Source: Nemertoderma westbladi (taxonomy: Eukaryota; Animalia; Xenacoelomorpha). Taken from it: a DNA stretch of 44,104 nt. Below, piece after piece: positions 9,494 to 21,532 of the stretch; position 1 is the stretch's first letter, and the number at the start of each line of letters is the position of its first letter. Under the pieces are notes generated by a model that made no database searches, was not told where the DNA came from, and saw nothing but the letters and a program-made list of their open reading frames with translations. The stretch covers positions 1-44,104 of the forward strand of contig JAUCBJ010008417.1 of NCBI GenBank assembly GCA_032718475.1, in the 5' to 3' direction. The translations under genes were made by a program, and so were the position numbers.

Positions 9494-11515
9494 ATCATGG
9501 TGTTTTGCAGTGTTTGTAATGATGAATTGAGTTCCTTGGCGATATACCGCTTTCATTTGGGGGTTATGCATAACATTAATGTGAATAAGGATAAATTAAT
9601 TTGTGGACATGATGGCTGTCAGCTTGATTTTTATAGGTTCTATTCCTTATCACAACACATAAAGAAATACCACCCTGGTGTTTTATTATCCACTTTATCA
9701 GTCGAGTCAAACATTATACAATGAAGATCATTATACTGTCGATGTCGAAGATCCTTCTACTGATGAACTCAGTACTGGCACACCTATTGAAAGTCATGGA
9801 TTGATTAATTTAACTTCCATACAATCATTTATTAAGGAATGTACCTTGTCTTATCAGAACAAACGCATAAATTCAATGGCTTTTACATTTGTATCACTGG
9901 AGTAACCCTGTTATGTCTTTGTCTGCAATTGATAACATAATTTCTGATGTCGAGGAATATTTTTTACAACCCTTTTCCCTACTGCATGATTTTGTTGAGG
10001 AGTTTGCTTCGCAGAAGGGTTTATATCATTTAGAAGAAACTCAACTTTTATTATCGGCATTGAAACTTTTTTCGAATCCTTTTATGGAAATTAATTCTGA
10101 ATACAAACAACTGAAGATGTTGAAATCCCTTAATTATTATGTTGAACCAGAGACAATTATTGTAAACCAAAGTATGGATGCTTCTCATTCAATGCCGTCA
10201 TCAGTTACTGGTATCGATAATATAGTGTACAAGACAAAGCTACTCACTTCTCGATATATCCCATTGGAACCATTACTCAATAAATTTTTTTCTCTTCCAA
10301 ATATTTTTGAGACAGTTCTTAAATATACACAGTTTAATGGAAGTTCTGGTTCTATCACTGATTTTAAAGATGGGACTGTTTGGGAAAATAACACAACTAG
10401 AATTGCACATAAAGATAATCCTCATGATGTTGTAGTTCCCATATTTATGTTTCACGATGATCTTGAAGTTGCTAACCCTTTAGGAGCTCATGCCACAAAA
10501 CATAAAATAGGTGATGTATTTTTAACTTTGAAGGGGATACCGCCCAAATTTAATTCAAAGCTAGCTAACTTGCTCCTATTGCTGATGCATTTTGCTTCAG
10601 ATCGTATTCAATTTGGTAACAAAGAAATTTTTCGCGAACTTATTAGTTGTTTTACCCACCTTGAACAAAATGGTATGGAAGTTATCTATCAGGATCAATT
10701 GTATAGGGTTTATATTGTGTTTTGCCAAGTCCATGGGGATAACTTAGCTGTCAATTCCATACTGGGGTATATTGAGGGTTTCAATGGTAATTATCCTTGC
10801 CGTATGTAAGTGTCATCGTCATAATTTTGTTAAACTTTGGTCGGAGGATTTATCACTAATGCGTTCTGTATCCGAATATGATAATGATATTAGTATAGCA
10901 AATCCCTCGCTTACTGGTCTAAATGAAGTTTGTTGTTTTAATGATCTCCCAACATATCATATCTACAATAACTTTACCTTTGACATCATGCATGATTTAT
11001 TTGAAGGAGTTTGTATATATGTAATATCACGAATTCTATATGAGCTAATATTTGTGAAAAAGTATTTCTCTGTCAATGATATAAATCGTAGAGTAAAATC
11101 ATTTATATTTGATCATTCATCTATACCACCATTTTTTGACGAGAAAAAATTGAGGAACGAAAAAATGAACTTCTCTGCCATTCAAATGCTAAATTTGTTT
11201 TGGCATTACCATTGTTAGTTGGTGATTTTGTCTCTAAAGGATGTGAAATATGGTCTGTAGCTCTCAAATTGTTCTTTTTTGCATGTGTCCTTCTTTTGAA
11301 CTAAGTGAACTGAAACTATTCAGCATTTCTATAGCAGAATTCTTGGAAGTTTACTTAAGAACCTTTAAACTTGAAAGGTTACAACTAAAGTTCCACAATT
11401 TAATTCATTATCCGGAATCCATAGTTAGATGTGGTCCTTTATTGTGGAACTGGAGCTTAAGAGGTGAATCAAAAGATAGAAATTTAAAACGCACTGCTTC
11501 CGTTATTTGTAATTT
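9494..11515 (+). pseudogene. EnSpm/CACTA-superfamily (animal-type) transposase, disrupted
   Basis: N-terminal C2H2 fingers; FHDDLEVANPLG..HK, GDNL...GFNGNYPCRM, DIMHDLFEG, KFHNLIHYP..CGPL..WSLRGESK spread over several frames. Confidence 0.85.
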
Positions 11516-11529
11516 TTTGGGTTTGATTT

Positions 11530-12060
11530 TTGGGTAATTTTGAGTTGATACGTTTGCCAATAGCCCCTTTGTAGGCTGTAGGACCTGATGTTTCACCATC
11601 CAGCTTGATGAATATGTGACGCAATGGCAACTCATTCAGGTGAAGCAGACAAATTGACCACTGAAGTGGCTGCTTGACTACTTTTTCTAGTTGTCGAATT
11701 ATACCAGCCAGGTGGCCAACATTGACATTAGTGCCATCGCAGCCAACTACCTTAAGATCATTCAATGCAATATCTTTGTCTTCAAGCTTTAGAAGAATCG
11801 AATTCAGAATGTCTTTAGAACAACCAGACTTTGGACTGACATGGCCAATGTATTTGCCTTCGGGTTCTTGAACAATCACAAAATGGCCCTGGATAACAGC
11901 GTGCACATGGCCCATTTTACTATCCCTTTCCAACGTTTGGTCCTTTTTGCCATCGAAGTAGAGTCCCGATATTGAATGACAATTGTTTTCCATTATGAAA
12001 TCCATCCTCAATCTTTTACGACTTCGACGAATTTTGTGGTGGTCAATCACTTGTTTGGTA
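11530..12060 (-). pseudogene. hAT-superfamily-like (possibly hATm) transposase, downstream part
   Basis: GLYFDGKKD, VGCDGTNVNVG, WSICLLHLNELP (D, D, CxxH); joins in frame with 15731-16280 when the Kolobok insertion is removed. Confidence 0.8.
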
Positions 12061-12707
12061 TTAAGGGGAGGGTATACCATAATCGGACTCCGAAGACCAA
12101 AAGTGCCATAACTCTGGATCAGGTTGATGAATTTACTTGAAATTTGGTATGAGCATTTCGTATATGATTTGGGTTAATATGAAACATGCACTGACACCCA
12201 GATTCAACCAGGTCCATTAGCAGACAAATATAAGTGTCGAAAATGGTGTGATTTCCCAAATTGATGATCAATTTTGAAGACCAACATGATTTTTGCTGAT
12301 AACTGTTTAGGAAACATCCTTTAGACCTCCTCTGAAAAATTGTCGGTCAGAATTCTCAATTTCAGCCCTAAAACGAAACCAGGGCCATTCAAATGAGAGA
12401 AACTGGCACTCCGCGATAAAATTGCATTCATTTTTTACAAAATGTATCAAAACTTTAACATACGAAAAGATATGGAAATTTTGACCGACAATTTTCCAGA
12501 AGGCATATTTCTGGATGTTCTGGCCAAATTTCAGATGATTTCATGAAGAATTGGCAATCTGATGGGCATTTTAGTTATTCCGTTCCATCGAAATTACAAT
12601 TAGCGGTAATCAAGCGTTAAAGTTTTATGCACAAATGAATAGACTGTACAACCGATAAACTGCAACAAATACAACCAAGTAAGTAATATTATAATGAAAG
12701 TGTTCTG

Positions 12708-14636
12708 TCAGTCAAATTCTCCACTGATGTATGATGGTCCTGCTTCTTCTAGTAAGGCTACTTCTTCTTTCTTGGCTCGGGCAATCTTCTTATGCATACG
12801 CTCCCTCTTCTTCTTCCCTTGGTACCTGGCATAGCTAACGCGCTTGCGGTTCTTGCGATCGATACTTCGTCGACTATGGGTGTTGCTGGTCAGGTCATTC
12901 TGAGATATTTTGTTTAGAATTTTCAATCTACCAGATGCTCCATTGTTGAAACTCAATATGGCACTGTTGATGGCTAGTTTGATGCGTTTATGGCCATGAA
13001 ATTTATGTTTAGGAGCTCTACTCCACACTGCGCCATTCAGAGACTCACTCTGGTTCTGGGTATATCCCGGTAAGCATCGCTGAAGGAGAAGTGGATCTGA
13101 GAGTCGTCTATCGACTGGAAGTAGCAGTGGTAGAAACACAGGATCGAGGTGGTGAGGTTTGTCTGTGAATTTTTTACCTGCCTGAAACTTGCAAAAAGTA
13201 GATTCTCCTTTGTCACAATATTTGTGGCGTACTTCAGGTTTTGGCAGCATAATGCTATGAACGATTGTTGCGAGAATGTCCCTTTTCATCTTCCAGAGAC
13301 ATCGCTCTTTTTCTTCTGGAGTTTTTGCTGTAGCATCCACATTCTTTCTAATAGCATTGCCATAATATCTTGATAGACGTTCACAAGTTGGGAGAGTAAG
13401 TCTATGTTTGGAGCCTCCAACAAACTTGCCATCAGAGAGTTTGCCTTTGTTGTTCTCTCTAACATCTCGAAGGGCTTTATGGAGGCGCTTCTGCACATGG
13501 TTTATGCAATCCAGTTTATTTACTCTGTTGCAATCGACAGTACTATCGGAGTGTTGAGACCAATGTTCCTTTCCCCTATCTGAACTGTCGAATTCCTCTT
13601 TTTGAGCTTTTGTCATAGGCTCATACTTCTCACAGCTATCACAGGCTCCATAGACATTCCAAACATTCTTATATGTTGAGCTGTCTCCATCACATATCAG
13701 TTCCTTGAACATCAATCCATGATTTACACCCATCAGACCAGAGTTTGAACGACTAAACAACTCAATGCCAATACTGGCCTCCATTGAACCACTTGATCCT
13801 GTATGAATTGTTTGACATGTTGAGCAATCTTTAGTATGGCTCTCAAGCCATACTTTATATTCCTTAGATTGCTTGTTCAGGGGATTGAAAGTAACCTGAT
13901 TGCAGACCTTGGTACGGAACCCATAATCAAGCACTTTGCCAGACTCCATAGAGATTACTGCACCATAGCCATAATCCGATGTGTGACCCCTCTTGGCCCA
14001 TGCACCATCAAATGAAACTGCAGTTTCAACAGGCAATTCATCAGATCTTCTGATTTCTTTCCTCGCTGAAGTCATGTCTTCACCAACACGCTCTGTGATA
14101 TATTTCGAAAAACTGGCCTGATGCATGCTTATTGGTATGTCAAGTGCAGTTGATAGCGTGTACAACGATTCAAGATCACCACCAAATTCTGTAGCTCCAA
14201 AAGCCAAACGAAGATTTAGGTCTTTAGACTTTTTTGAGTTATATATACCTGTACCATTACGGGAACACTGAAGTTTATAATCGAAATCACACTTCGAGCA
14301 GCTGTAATGAATTACACTGTCAACTCCATTGCACTTGTCAGCTAGCTGCTTAGATGTCTCTTCACAATTATGGGCAGCTTTTATAATGGATAACAAATTG
14401 TCACAATGTATGATTCTGTATCCTGTGACTAGTTTTTCATCTCTTTCCTGTGCTACTGGTAAAGTGTCATCTGTTGCCAATTTTATTTTATTTTCAGAAA
14501 TTGGTACCGGTATATCTTCAGGTATATCCGGCAACAGGTCAGTGATATCTGAAGACAAGGAAATCCATTTGCCAGATTCAGAACGTCCAAACTGTTTGGC
14601 ACAAAATACCTTCTTACTCTTCCCTGGGGTCGGCAT
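12708..14636 (-). CDS. DDE transposase (Kolobok/Mutator-like), 642 aa, uninterrupted
   Basis: VSFDGAWAKRG, SSGSMEA, ICDGDSS, KLDCINHVQK (CxxH), TQNQSESLN motifs; basic C-terminus. Confidence 0.9.
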   Translation of the reverse strand: MPTPGKSKKVFCAKQFGRSESGKWISLSSDITDLLPDIPEDIPVPISENKIKLATDDTLPVAQERDEKLVTGYRIIHCDNLLSIIKAAHNCEETSKQLADKCNGVDSVIHYSCSKCDFDYKLQCSRNGTGIYNSKKSKDLNLRLAFGATEFGGDLESLYTLSTALDIPISMHQASFSKYITERVGEDMTSARKEIRRSDELPVETAVSFDGAWAKRGHTSDYGYGAVISMESGKVLDYGFRTKVCNQVTFNPLNKQSKEYKVWLESHTKDCSTCQTIHTGSSGSMEASIGIELFSRSNSGLMGVNHGLMFKELICDGDSSTYKNVWNVYGACDSCEKYEPMTKAQKEEFDSSDRGKEHWSQHSDSTVDCNRVNKLDCINHVQKRLHKALRDVRENNKGKLSDGKFVGGSKHRLTLPTCERLSRYYGNAIRKNVDATAKTPEEKERCLWKMKRDILATIVHSIMLPKPEVRHKYCDKGESTFCKFQAGKKFTDKPHHLDPVFLPLLLPVDRRLSDPLLLQRCLPGYTQNQSESLNGAVWSRAPKHKFHGHKRIKLAINSAILSFNNGASGRLKILNKISQNDLTSNTHSRRSIDRKNRKRVSYARYQGKKKRERMHKKIARAKKEEVALLEEAGPSYISGEFD

Positions 14637-14909
14637 AATATTAGTATTGATTAGGCAAAGTATTGATAAAAATAAAATAGGAAGGAAATATTTGTAAAAT
14701 CAACTCAATTTTCAATTTATTATGCCCACAAAATAAAAGATTTTCTATCTGTACCGGTACGTACAGGTACATGCTGCCAGTCTAAACTTGTAGTAGCCTA
14801 CCAGTTGAACAGTGGGCACTGGGCATACAATTAGTTTAGCTAAGGTGCCAGTACGAGCAATGGCTGAATGGTATTTGTGGGTTTGGTGCCCGTCAGGACA
14901 AAATTTTTA

Positions 14910-14976
14910 ATCTGGTTTTGGCCCATGACAGGGGGCCCTGGCCCTGGGGCCCCCTTGTCATGGGCCAAAACCAGAT
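14910..14976. repeat. Near-perfect hairpin with 29-bp arms
   Basis: ATCTGGTTTTGGCCCATGACA-GGGGGCCC ... GGGCCCCC-T-TGTCATGGGCCAAAACCAGAT. Confidence 0.95.
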
Positions 14977-15730
14977 CCTCCAATTAGGGTGGGTTACGGA
15001 CCAGCCATACTAACCCTAACCCCAAATCCAATGGAATCATCGTGCACCAAAACAGTCAGGTTAGTAGATATACAGTAATCACCGGTAGTAGGCCGAACAG
15101 TTATAAGGAGTGACGGGTACGAGACCCACAGGAACCCGAGCAATGATTAGGGTACGGTGCCGGTACAATTCAGGTGTGATTAGAATAAAAAGCATACCAG
15201 TATGGGTACCGGCACTGTAATAGACCTAGATAGGTTTGTTGTTACTGCCATAATGAATAACTAACTTGAAGGATCCGGTACCAGAGATATTTCTTCAATG
15301 GTATGGTCTGATTGTAAAGCTGTGAATGAAGAAACAGGAAACGAGTACAGTACATGGTATTCTGACTGGGCTGTTACTGTATGTACACATCATCGCCTGT
15401 CTGCCTGTACAATTTCTATACTTCAAATTTACCTCCACTTGTGATTGCTGTTACAAGGGCAGGGCACCTCTTGTAACCGCCGCAGCTTCATTATTTTTGT
15501 TTACAATGTCTCTTGAACAAAATTCAATTTATGTCGAACGGCATACTATTGCAGTGTGTTTAGTGGATGCGGTTCCGACTTTTGTTTGGTTTTTGGGGTA
15601 TATCTCAAAAACTACTTCGAATTAGTGAAAACGGATTTTAGCACTGGATTCAGCATTAAATTCTGCTCTTAATCAGCCAATAAAAAGTTTTTCGACAATT
15701 TTGTCAAATTATGGTATACCCTCCCCTTAA

Positions 15731-16280
15731 ATCCTGGCATCATATCCTGCAATGTAGCAGTAGCAATGGCATCAGCAACTCTATCAGACACCCCATATCT
15801 GTCTGCTTCACATGATACAGTAGGCAGTTTCATACGCTTTTGAACAAATCCTACCTTACTGGATGATGTTTCTGGCACATAAATATCACTGCAAGGTGAA
15901 TTTGATACTTCGACTGGCAGTTGCCCAATATCTTCAGGTTCCATGTCTAGATCAATGCCAGCTTCCTTTTGAATACGCTCTTTCTCCTTAGTCATCTGTT
16001 GCTGTTTGTCAGATTCTCTCCTTTCCTTCTTCCTGGCTTTAATGGCCGCAATTCCATCTATCCCTCCAATATACATTATTCTTTCACTTCGCTGATCGCC
16101 CACAAAGTCTACTTCTTCAGCACATAGGTCCTTGTATGATATGATGTCAAAAAGTTTATTGAAATTAACCTTGAATTCCGCAATGTAGAATGGCTTAGCT
16201 TGACGAGCAGGTGCTACTGTCTCAATCTTTACCCGTAACTCATGCCATTCATGCAATATCTTCTTTACCACTCCTTCAAA
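15731..16280 (-). pseudogene. hAT-like transposase, upstream part (5'-truncated)
   Basis: NKLFDII, DFVGDQRSERIMYIGGID, EADRYGVSDRVADAIATATLQD; continuous with 12060 across the TTAA. Confidence 0.75.
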
Positions 16281-16317
16281 TGTGCTCGCTCAAGTGTCAA
16301 AAACTCGCTCAAGTGTC

Positions 16318-16520
16318 ATGCTAGGGGAGATTGATGGAGCACCTCCAATGTTGTATATAGTCTGATTGGAGATGTGTACATTATACTTGACACAATAAAA
16401 CCGGCGCAGCACTCTTGTGAAAGTGCCAACCAGAGATTTGGTATCCTCTGCAGTTAGAGCCCAGCATGGACTCCCATATAAGAGTACTGGTACTACTACT
16501 GCCATAAATAATCGAACCTG
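16318..16520 (-). pseudogene. RTE-like LINE ORF2 C-terminal fragment
   Basis: LFMAVVVPVLLYGSPCWAL...TRVLRR...HISNQTIY resembles the post-RT region of RTE-clade ORF2. Confidence 0.75.
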
Positions 16521-16664
16521 CATCGAAGATGCTAAATACAAATTGAGGAACAGGAACATTGATGAACATTGAAGGAACAGGTTACAGTGGAAGATTATAT
16601 CATCCAAAACAATAAACGTGAGTCATGAGATGACCTTAATTGAATTCAAAACCAACAAATGGTA

Positions 16665-17190
16665 CTACTTACATGGATCACCATGATCATGTAGAAGATC
16701 ATCAAGATTCCCTCCAGCGAAGTTCCTTAACTTGCCCTCCTCCATAACCTTAAACAGTTGAACGAGCTTTGTCACCCTTTGGATTTTATCAGGTAGTCTG
16801 TAAAATTGTATATGGACTCGAATGTCGTGTCCCATGAATTCCGCCAGAAGGTCCAGTTCTTGTTCCGAAAGGTTAAGCATTTGCACATTTATTGCGATTG
16901 GCTTTCGTAATTTGGTTGAGGTCAGGGAAGCGGGATTTTGCACTCCTGCCTTTTTTGCATATTTTCTAATGCAGTCATAACCTCGTATATGGATACTACT
17001 TACCTTGATTTGAAAGTGGGAACAGAAATAGGATGCTCTTACTTACCCCAGCTTCACCTCTGTAAAGTATTAATCTTTCAATGGCTACTGTTAGGTCATT
17101 ACTAAGCAACACAGGTACAGGTCTACCACGTTTCCCAATGATGTCAATCACTTCATAGAGACTACAAAGTCCTTGTTCAAATTGATTCTA
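16665..17190 (-). pseudogene. Tyrosine recombinase fragment (Crypton-like)
   Basis: IIGKRGRPVPVLL (17101-17145) and LTSTKLRK...LAEFMGHDIRVHIQFYRLP (R...GH...Y catalytic box). Confidence 0.85.
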
Positions 17191-19183
17191 ACTACAGTCC
17201 CGTACTTATTTTAGAAGCAATTTATACCAAAATATCAAAAACTTATGGAGCCCTTTAGAATTTTGAATTCAAAAATTTTCAACATGTGCGCAAGTGTGTT
17301 AGCTATATTGTATGTGATTATTTGTTATTATTGCGTTTACAGGTAATACTAACACCTGATCCTGTGCTAGTTAACATGTTTGATAGCACGTTTTAGCTAA
17401 TAACAAATGCGCACATGTATTATGTGCGCACTACGCACTAAGTTATTAAGAACGTACGATACGCCTTGGCTTTTATTTGATATAATTTGCGTGTTTTTTG
17501 TAAAAATTCGGACTTATGGTGTTTTCCAAATTGAGGATACCTTGTTTTCTAGGCAATACCCCGCAACTATTGTATAGTTACGGGATAATACCAGAAAATG
17601 GTGTTCCCCTTTGTTTTGGCAAATCACCACAAGTCAGAATTTTTACAAAAAAACCGCAATATATTTCAAAGGTAATTCTATATCAAATTGAAAGTTTAGT
17701 TATGTGAATTCTATATACATTTAGTTATCAAAAAACACAATAACAAGTAAACTGAGGCATCTCTCTAAAAAATAAACAGTTTTTATCGAATATCTCAGAA
17801 CTACAAAAATCGACTTAGGGGGTTCTGCCTTGAAGGTGACGAAATGTTAATCAGGGATACTAACATTAATGAGGGACACCCAATAAGGAGCACAAACCAT
17901 TAACAAAGCATTACTAAAGCAAGCAATATTAAATCTCGTTAATCTACAGTTTAAAAATAATCATACAATATAATGAACAAGGACTCTCAAATATTCTAAA
18001 AATAAGTAGAAATATTAATGATTTAGTAACAAGCTTGCACACCATTGTAACACCCACTCAGCTAGGAGCATTATCAAATGATATACCACAGCGATTCTGG
18101 AAGTCGACTTCTAAATTTTTCCGAAATTTCAACAGTTTCCGCGATCAAATCAATCCGCTGATTTGCAGAAATTTTAAAAATCTCTCAACAGGTTTGCATG
18201 ATTTAGCTTCAACATAACGAATTACAACAGTTTGGTTTTACTAGTGTTTATGTTATATTTTTGTAACTCTATCTTAAAATATGGAAGTGGAATTTAATTC
18301 TTTAACTGAATACAATGCATTAGCAGATCTTGGTATCGATAATACTGATAATAATGAAAATGTGACATCATTTTAATTTTCTATTCTCTTTATTCTCTAT
18401 TCTATTATATCTCATTCTAATTTTCTTGAGTTTCTAAATTTAACTCACAAAATTTCATAGAGGACATTCAATCAATCTATGTGAAACTGCCCATGTACAA
18501 ACCGGGAGGGTGCCGAAAATTTCAGGTCTGCCCTCATTCAAATGCCTGGAAAAGGTGAGTGATCAAAATGGTAACGGAATAGCCCAAAATGCACAAAAAA
18601 TAACTATAAATAAATATTATTCTAGCATTTTAGAAATTTGAGTTTGGTCGTCAGCGCAATGTAAATCGCTAATTGAGAGGGTTCTGAGAGGATTATTACT
18701 AAATACAGTATGTACGTGGATATTAAATGCATAACGATAATAATAATTTAAAACAAAATATACAGTATGTGACGTTATAATAATAATAAAATAAATAAAT
18801 ATACGTACTGGAAAAAGGTTAATTACTGTCATGGGGAAAGGGTTCAGTCACTACATTATAGGTAAAATGGACTTAAAGCCGCAACACGCATAGTGGGCAA
18901 AGCCGCAACAAAAGGATAATGAGCTCTACCGCCGCAACAGTGGGGATATGGTCACAACTACTACTGGTAGGTTACGAAACTGAAACTAAATAAATAATGG
19001 GGCCTAAATAAATAATAAATACGATTAAATATTGGATGGGAGTGGATAAATAAAGAGAATAAATGGGACAGACGAATTTCATTGCAGCTAAATTTTTGAT
19101 GTGCTGAGCGTTAGCCTGTACACACCCCACCCCCTGAGATTTGTGAAATAAATCTCAGAAGAAAGAAAAATGTCTAAACTTAC

Positions 19184-19460
19184 TCCTTGAAGTTGCAAGT
19201 CGTTCATTACAATGGAAAAGGCTCCATTGTATCCGTTATTGTCTTCATCTGGATTAGTTTCCGTGGTACACTCAATAAATTAATTTTTATTGGTGACTCT
19301 TCTATGACGACAATGGGAGTCCCCCCAAACAACTCTCTGCGGTGTGCTGGTTCTATAAGGCGAACCAAATCGCCTACCCCCACACTCTTATTGAAGAAAG
19401 TAAGAGTCTCTTTGTGCCCTTTATTAAATACACAGAACAAGGAGCCTGTGACAATGTCTC
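19184..19460 (-). pseudogene. Exon homologous to the ~7.7-7.85 kb exon, unknown protein
   Basis: TTGCAG acceptor, DIVTGSLFCVF...ETLTFFNKSVGVGDLVRLIEP, GTAAGT donor. Confidence 0.5.
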
Positions 19461-19699
19461 TGCAATAAATATAATATTTATAATAACACACAAATAGTAT
19501 TCAAATATAAATAAAATAATTCCCTGATAATGGACACAATGCAATACCGAAAAAGAAAATCATGAAACATCACCACACGTCTAATATAAAACCAAATCGG
19601 CAATAAATTCATAAATCCCTTCACCAAATATTACAATACAGTACCGGGTTCATAGGCGTAATGCAGAATCGACAGAATTTATGGAGGAGTCGGGTTCGT

Positions 19700-20040
19700 A
19701 TTAAGGTCGGTAGCCGCTGTTTTGGACGAGGGACGAGGGAAGGAAACCCCAGTAGGATTTCGGTCCTGCCGAATCGACTTCCTCCAGAAGGCAGAGTTTG
19801 GAAACTGGACAGGTCAGGATGAGTCGCCGGAGGTCGCCACTAGGATAGAAGAAGAAGAACGGAGGTTCCGTTTGGGGTCCAACCACTTCTGGTGTTGATG
19901 GGGGATGGGCAAGTAGTCGGAGATCCAGATATCCCAGAAAGTATCAACTAGGCTCTGGGCTCGTCTCCATGACTTCCTGGATAACTCGTCCTTGTGAACA
20001 AACACCCCTGGGTGAGTGAGGTGAACGGGATTCCTCAACC
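19700..20040 (-). pseudogene. BEL/Pao integrase C-terminal (DUF5641-type) fragment
   Basis: PGVF..SRKSWRRAQSLVDTFWDIWISDYLP..QKW..RNL and PVSKLCLLEE, with internal deletion/frameshift. Confidence 0.85.
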
Positions 20041-20116
20041 CTATTAGTACCAGGCTATAAAATGCTGTACAAATACCGGGGGGGGGGGGGGGGGGGGGGT
20101 CATATTCACTTCGGTC

Positions 20117-20490
20117 AGAAAGAGGGGATGTCGGTGACGAGGACGTCGGAGTTAGCGACCGGCTCCGACGGGCCTACAACGCAACGAGGAAACAGATTAA
20201 GGAAGCTAAGGAGGGGGCAAAACTGGACCAGGTGAAACTAGATCAGCGACTAGGTGAGTCGAACAAACATTTTAACTATCTAGTTCGCTTTGGGCAAGGA
20301 GAGTTGGCGGGTGTAAGAGTGAGAGGGGTCGCCACCAAACTGTTCGAGTTGTGGCAATCTAGGGGTATGGAGCCTGGTGTAGTGTACATTGGGCCATACT
20401 TAGTGGATGCCAGGGGAATTAAGTTAGTGGGTTAGGCTGGACCGCACGAGCGCGAATCCGAGGTTAACCCCGAGGATTCGATCTCGTCGG
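20117..20490 (+). pseudogene. Diverged gag fragment related to 36915-37275
   Basis: VGDEDVGVSDRLRRAYNATR...GPYLVDARGIKLVG*...ESEVNPEDSISS. Confidence 0.9.
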
Positions 20491-21532
20491 ATTCTAATAA
20501 TCTATCCAATCTCGTTACGACTGTTCAGGTAAGACCAAATGTAAATAATGCGATATTTCCTTACAAAACTGATTTATTTTCAACAATTTAATTATGTTTA
20601 ACGGTAAATATCCTATAATTGCTGTAGAGTATAAGATCATAAATAAATAATAACATTTCTGGGTAAATTTTATTTTGTGAAATAAAAATTCATTTTATGA
20701 AAATGTTAAGAAGTGTGGGTCTGTATGGTGGAGAAGTTTTTAATGTCATTATTAACGACAAAATGCATGATTTAAGTGTTCAAATTTAAAACATTGTATG
20801 AACAACACGGACAGTATAATTAATTAAAATAATGTCCTGAGAGGATGGTTTTTATGCATTAGTGTTGTTTATCGAAAGTCCTGTTTCAAATGCAGATGCA
20901 AATGCAAATTCAAATATGTTTCAATTAGTTTACCAAATGGAGCTGAGTATATTATGGTAAGTTTTATTACCAAACAGGTATATAGAGAGTTATGGATAAC
21001 AGGTATGGGAGGTTTTCCACTATCATAGCTGTAATCTACTCGTCACCAGCTTTCAGAAAATATATAGTTTAATGGGGTTTGAAACAAAAAATGTTTTTGA
21101 AAAAATTTGCTAATATTTTGTAGAATGAACTAGCAGTAGTTCTGAACTGAACAGCCGTACTACAATGAAAACTACCCAACACCATAGTAGGCCCGTAGGC
21201 ATAAAGCACACAGTCAGACAATAACTCTCTACCGGTAACACAGAACAGTAGGGTAGGGTTGCATACTGTATGGTCAAATAGTATTTAATATAATGGCGCT
21301 GCACCTTGCGGCTTATAGTAGGATAATTAAATTATCCAATAAAAACGAAGGGGCTGGGGTGGGAGTTTTAAATTATTTTGTAAGTTAACATTCACTAATG
21401 CTGATAGGAAAATTATGAATTTTAGTTTATAGGTGACTTTAGGTCGGCTTTTTTTATTCCTGCTATAATTTTATGTGCCAAAAAAACTTTTTTAACTTTT
21501 TTTGTACATATATCCTGCATCTATTACATGTA

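Larger units (their letters stand above)
12065..15726 (-). mobile_element. Kolobok-type DNA transposon, full length (3662 bp)
   Basis: Perfect 19-bp TIR GGGGAGGGTATACCATAAT; TTAA duplicated at 12061-12064 and 15727-15730; purine-purine termini. Confidence 0.9.

Noticed and set aside
17190-18840. AT-rich segments resembling non-autonomous DNA transposons
   Set aside because: Could not pair termini or find TSDs
20078-20099. Long G/C homopolymers (also ~7446, 7673, 38903) as functional G-quadruplexes
   Set aside because: Simple runs in decayed sequence, with lengths unreliable in assemblies
20500-21530. Polinton left terminal inverted repeat
   Set aside because: No AG/AGT-repeat terminus or matching partner is visible
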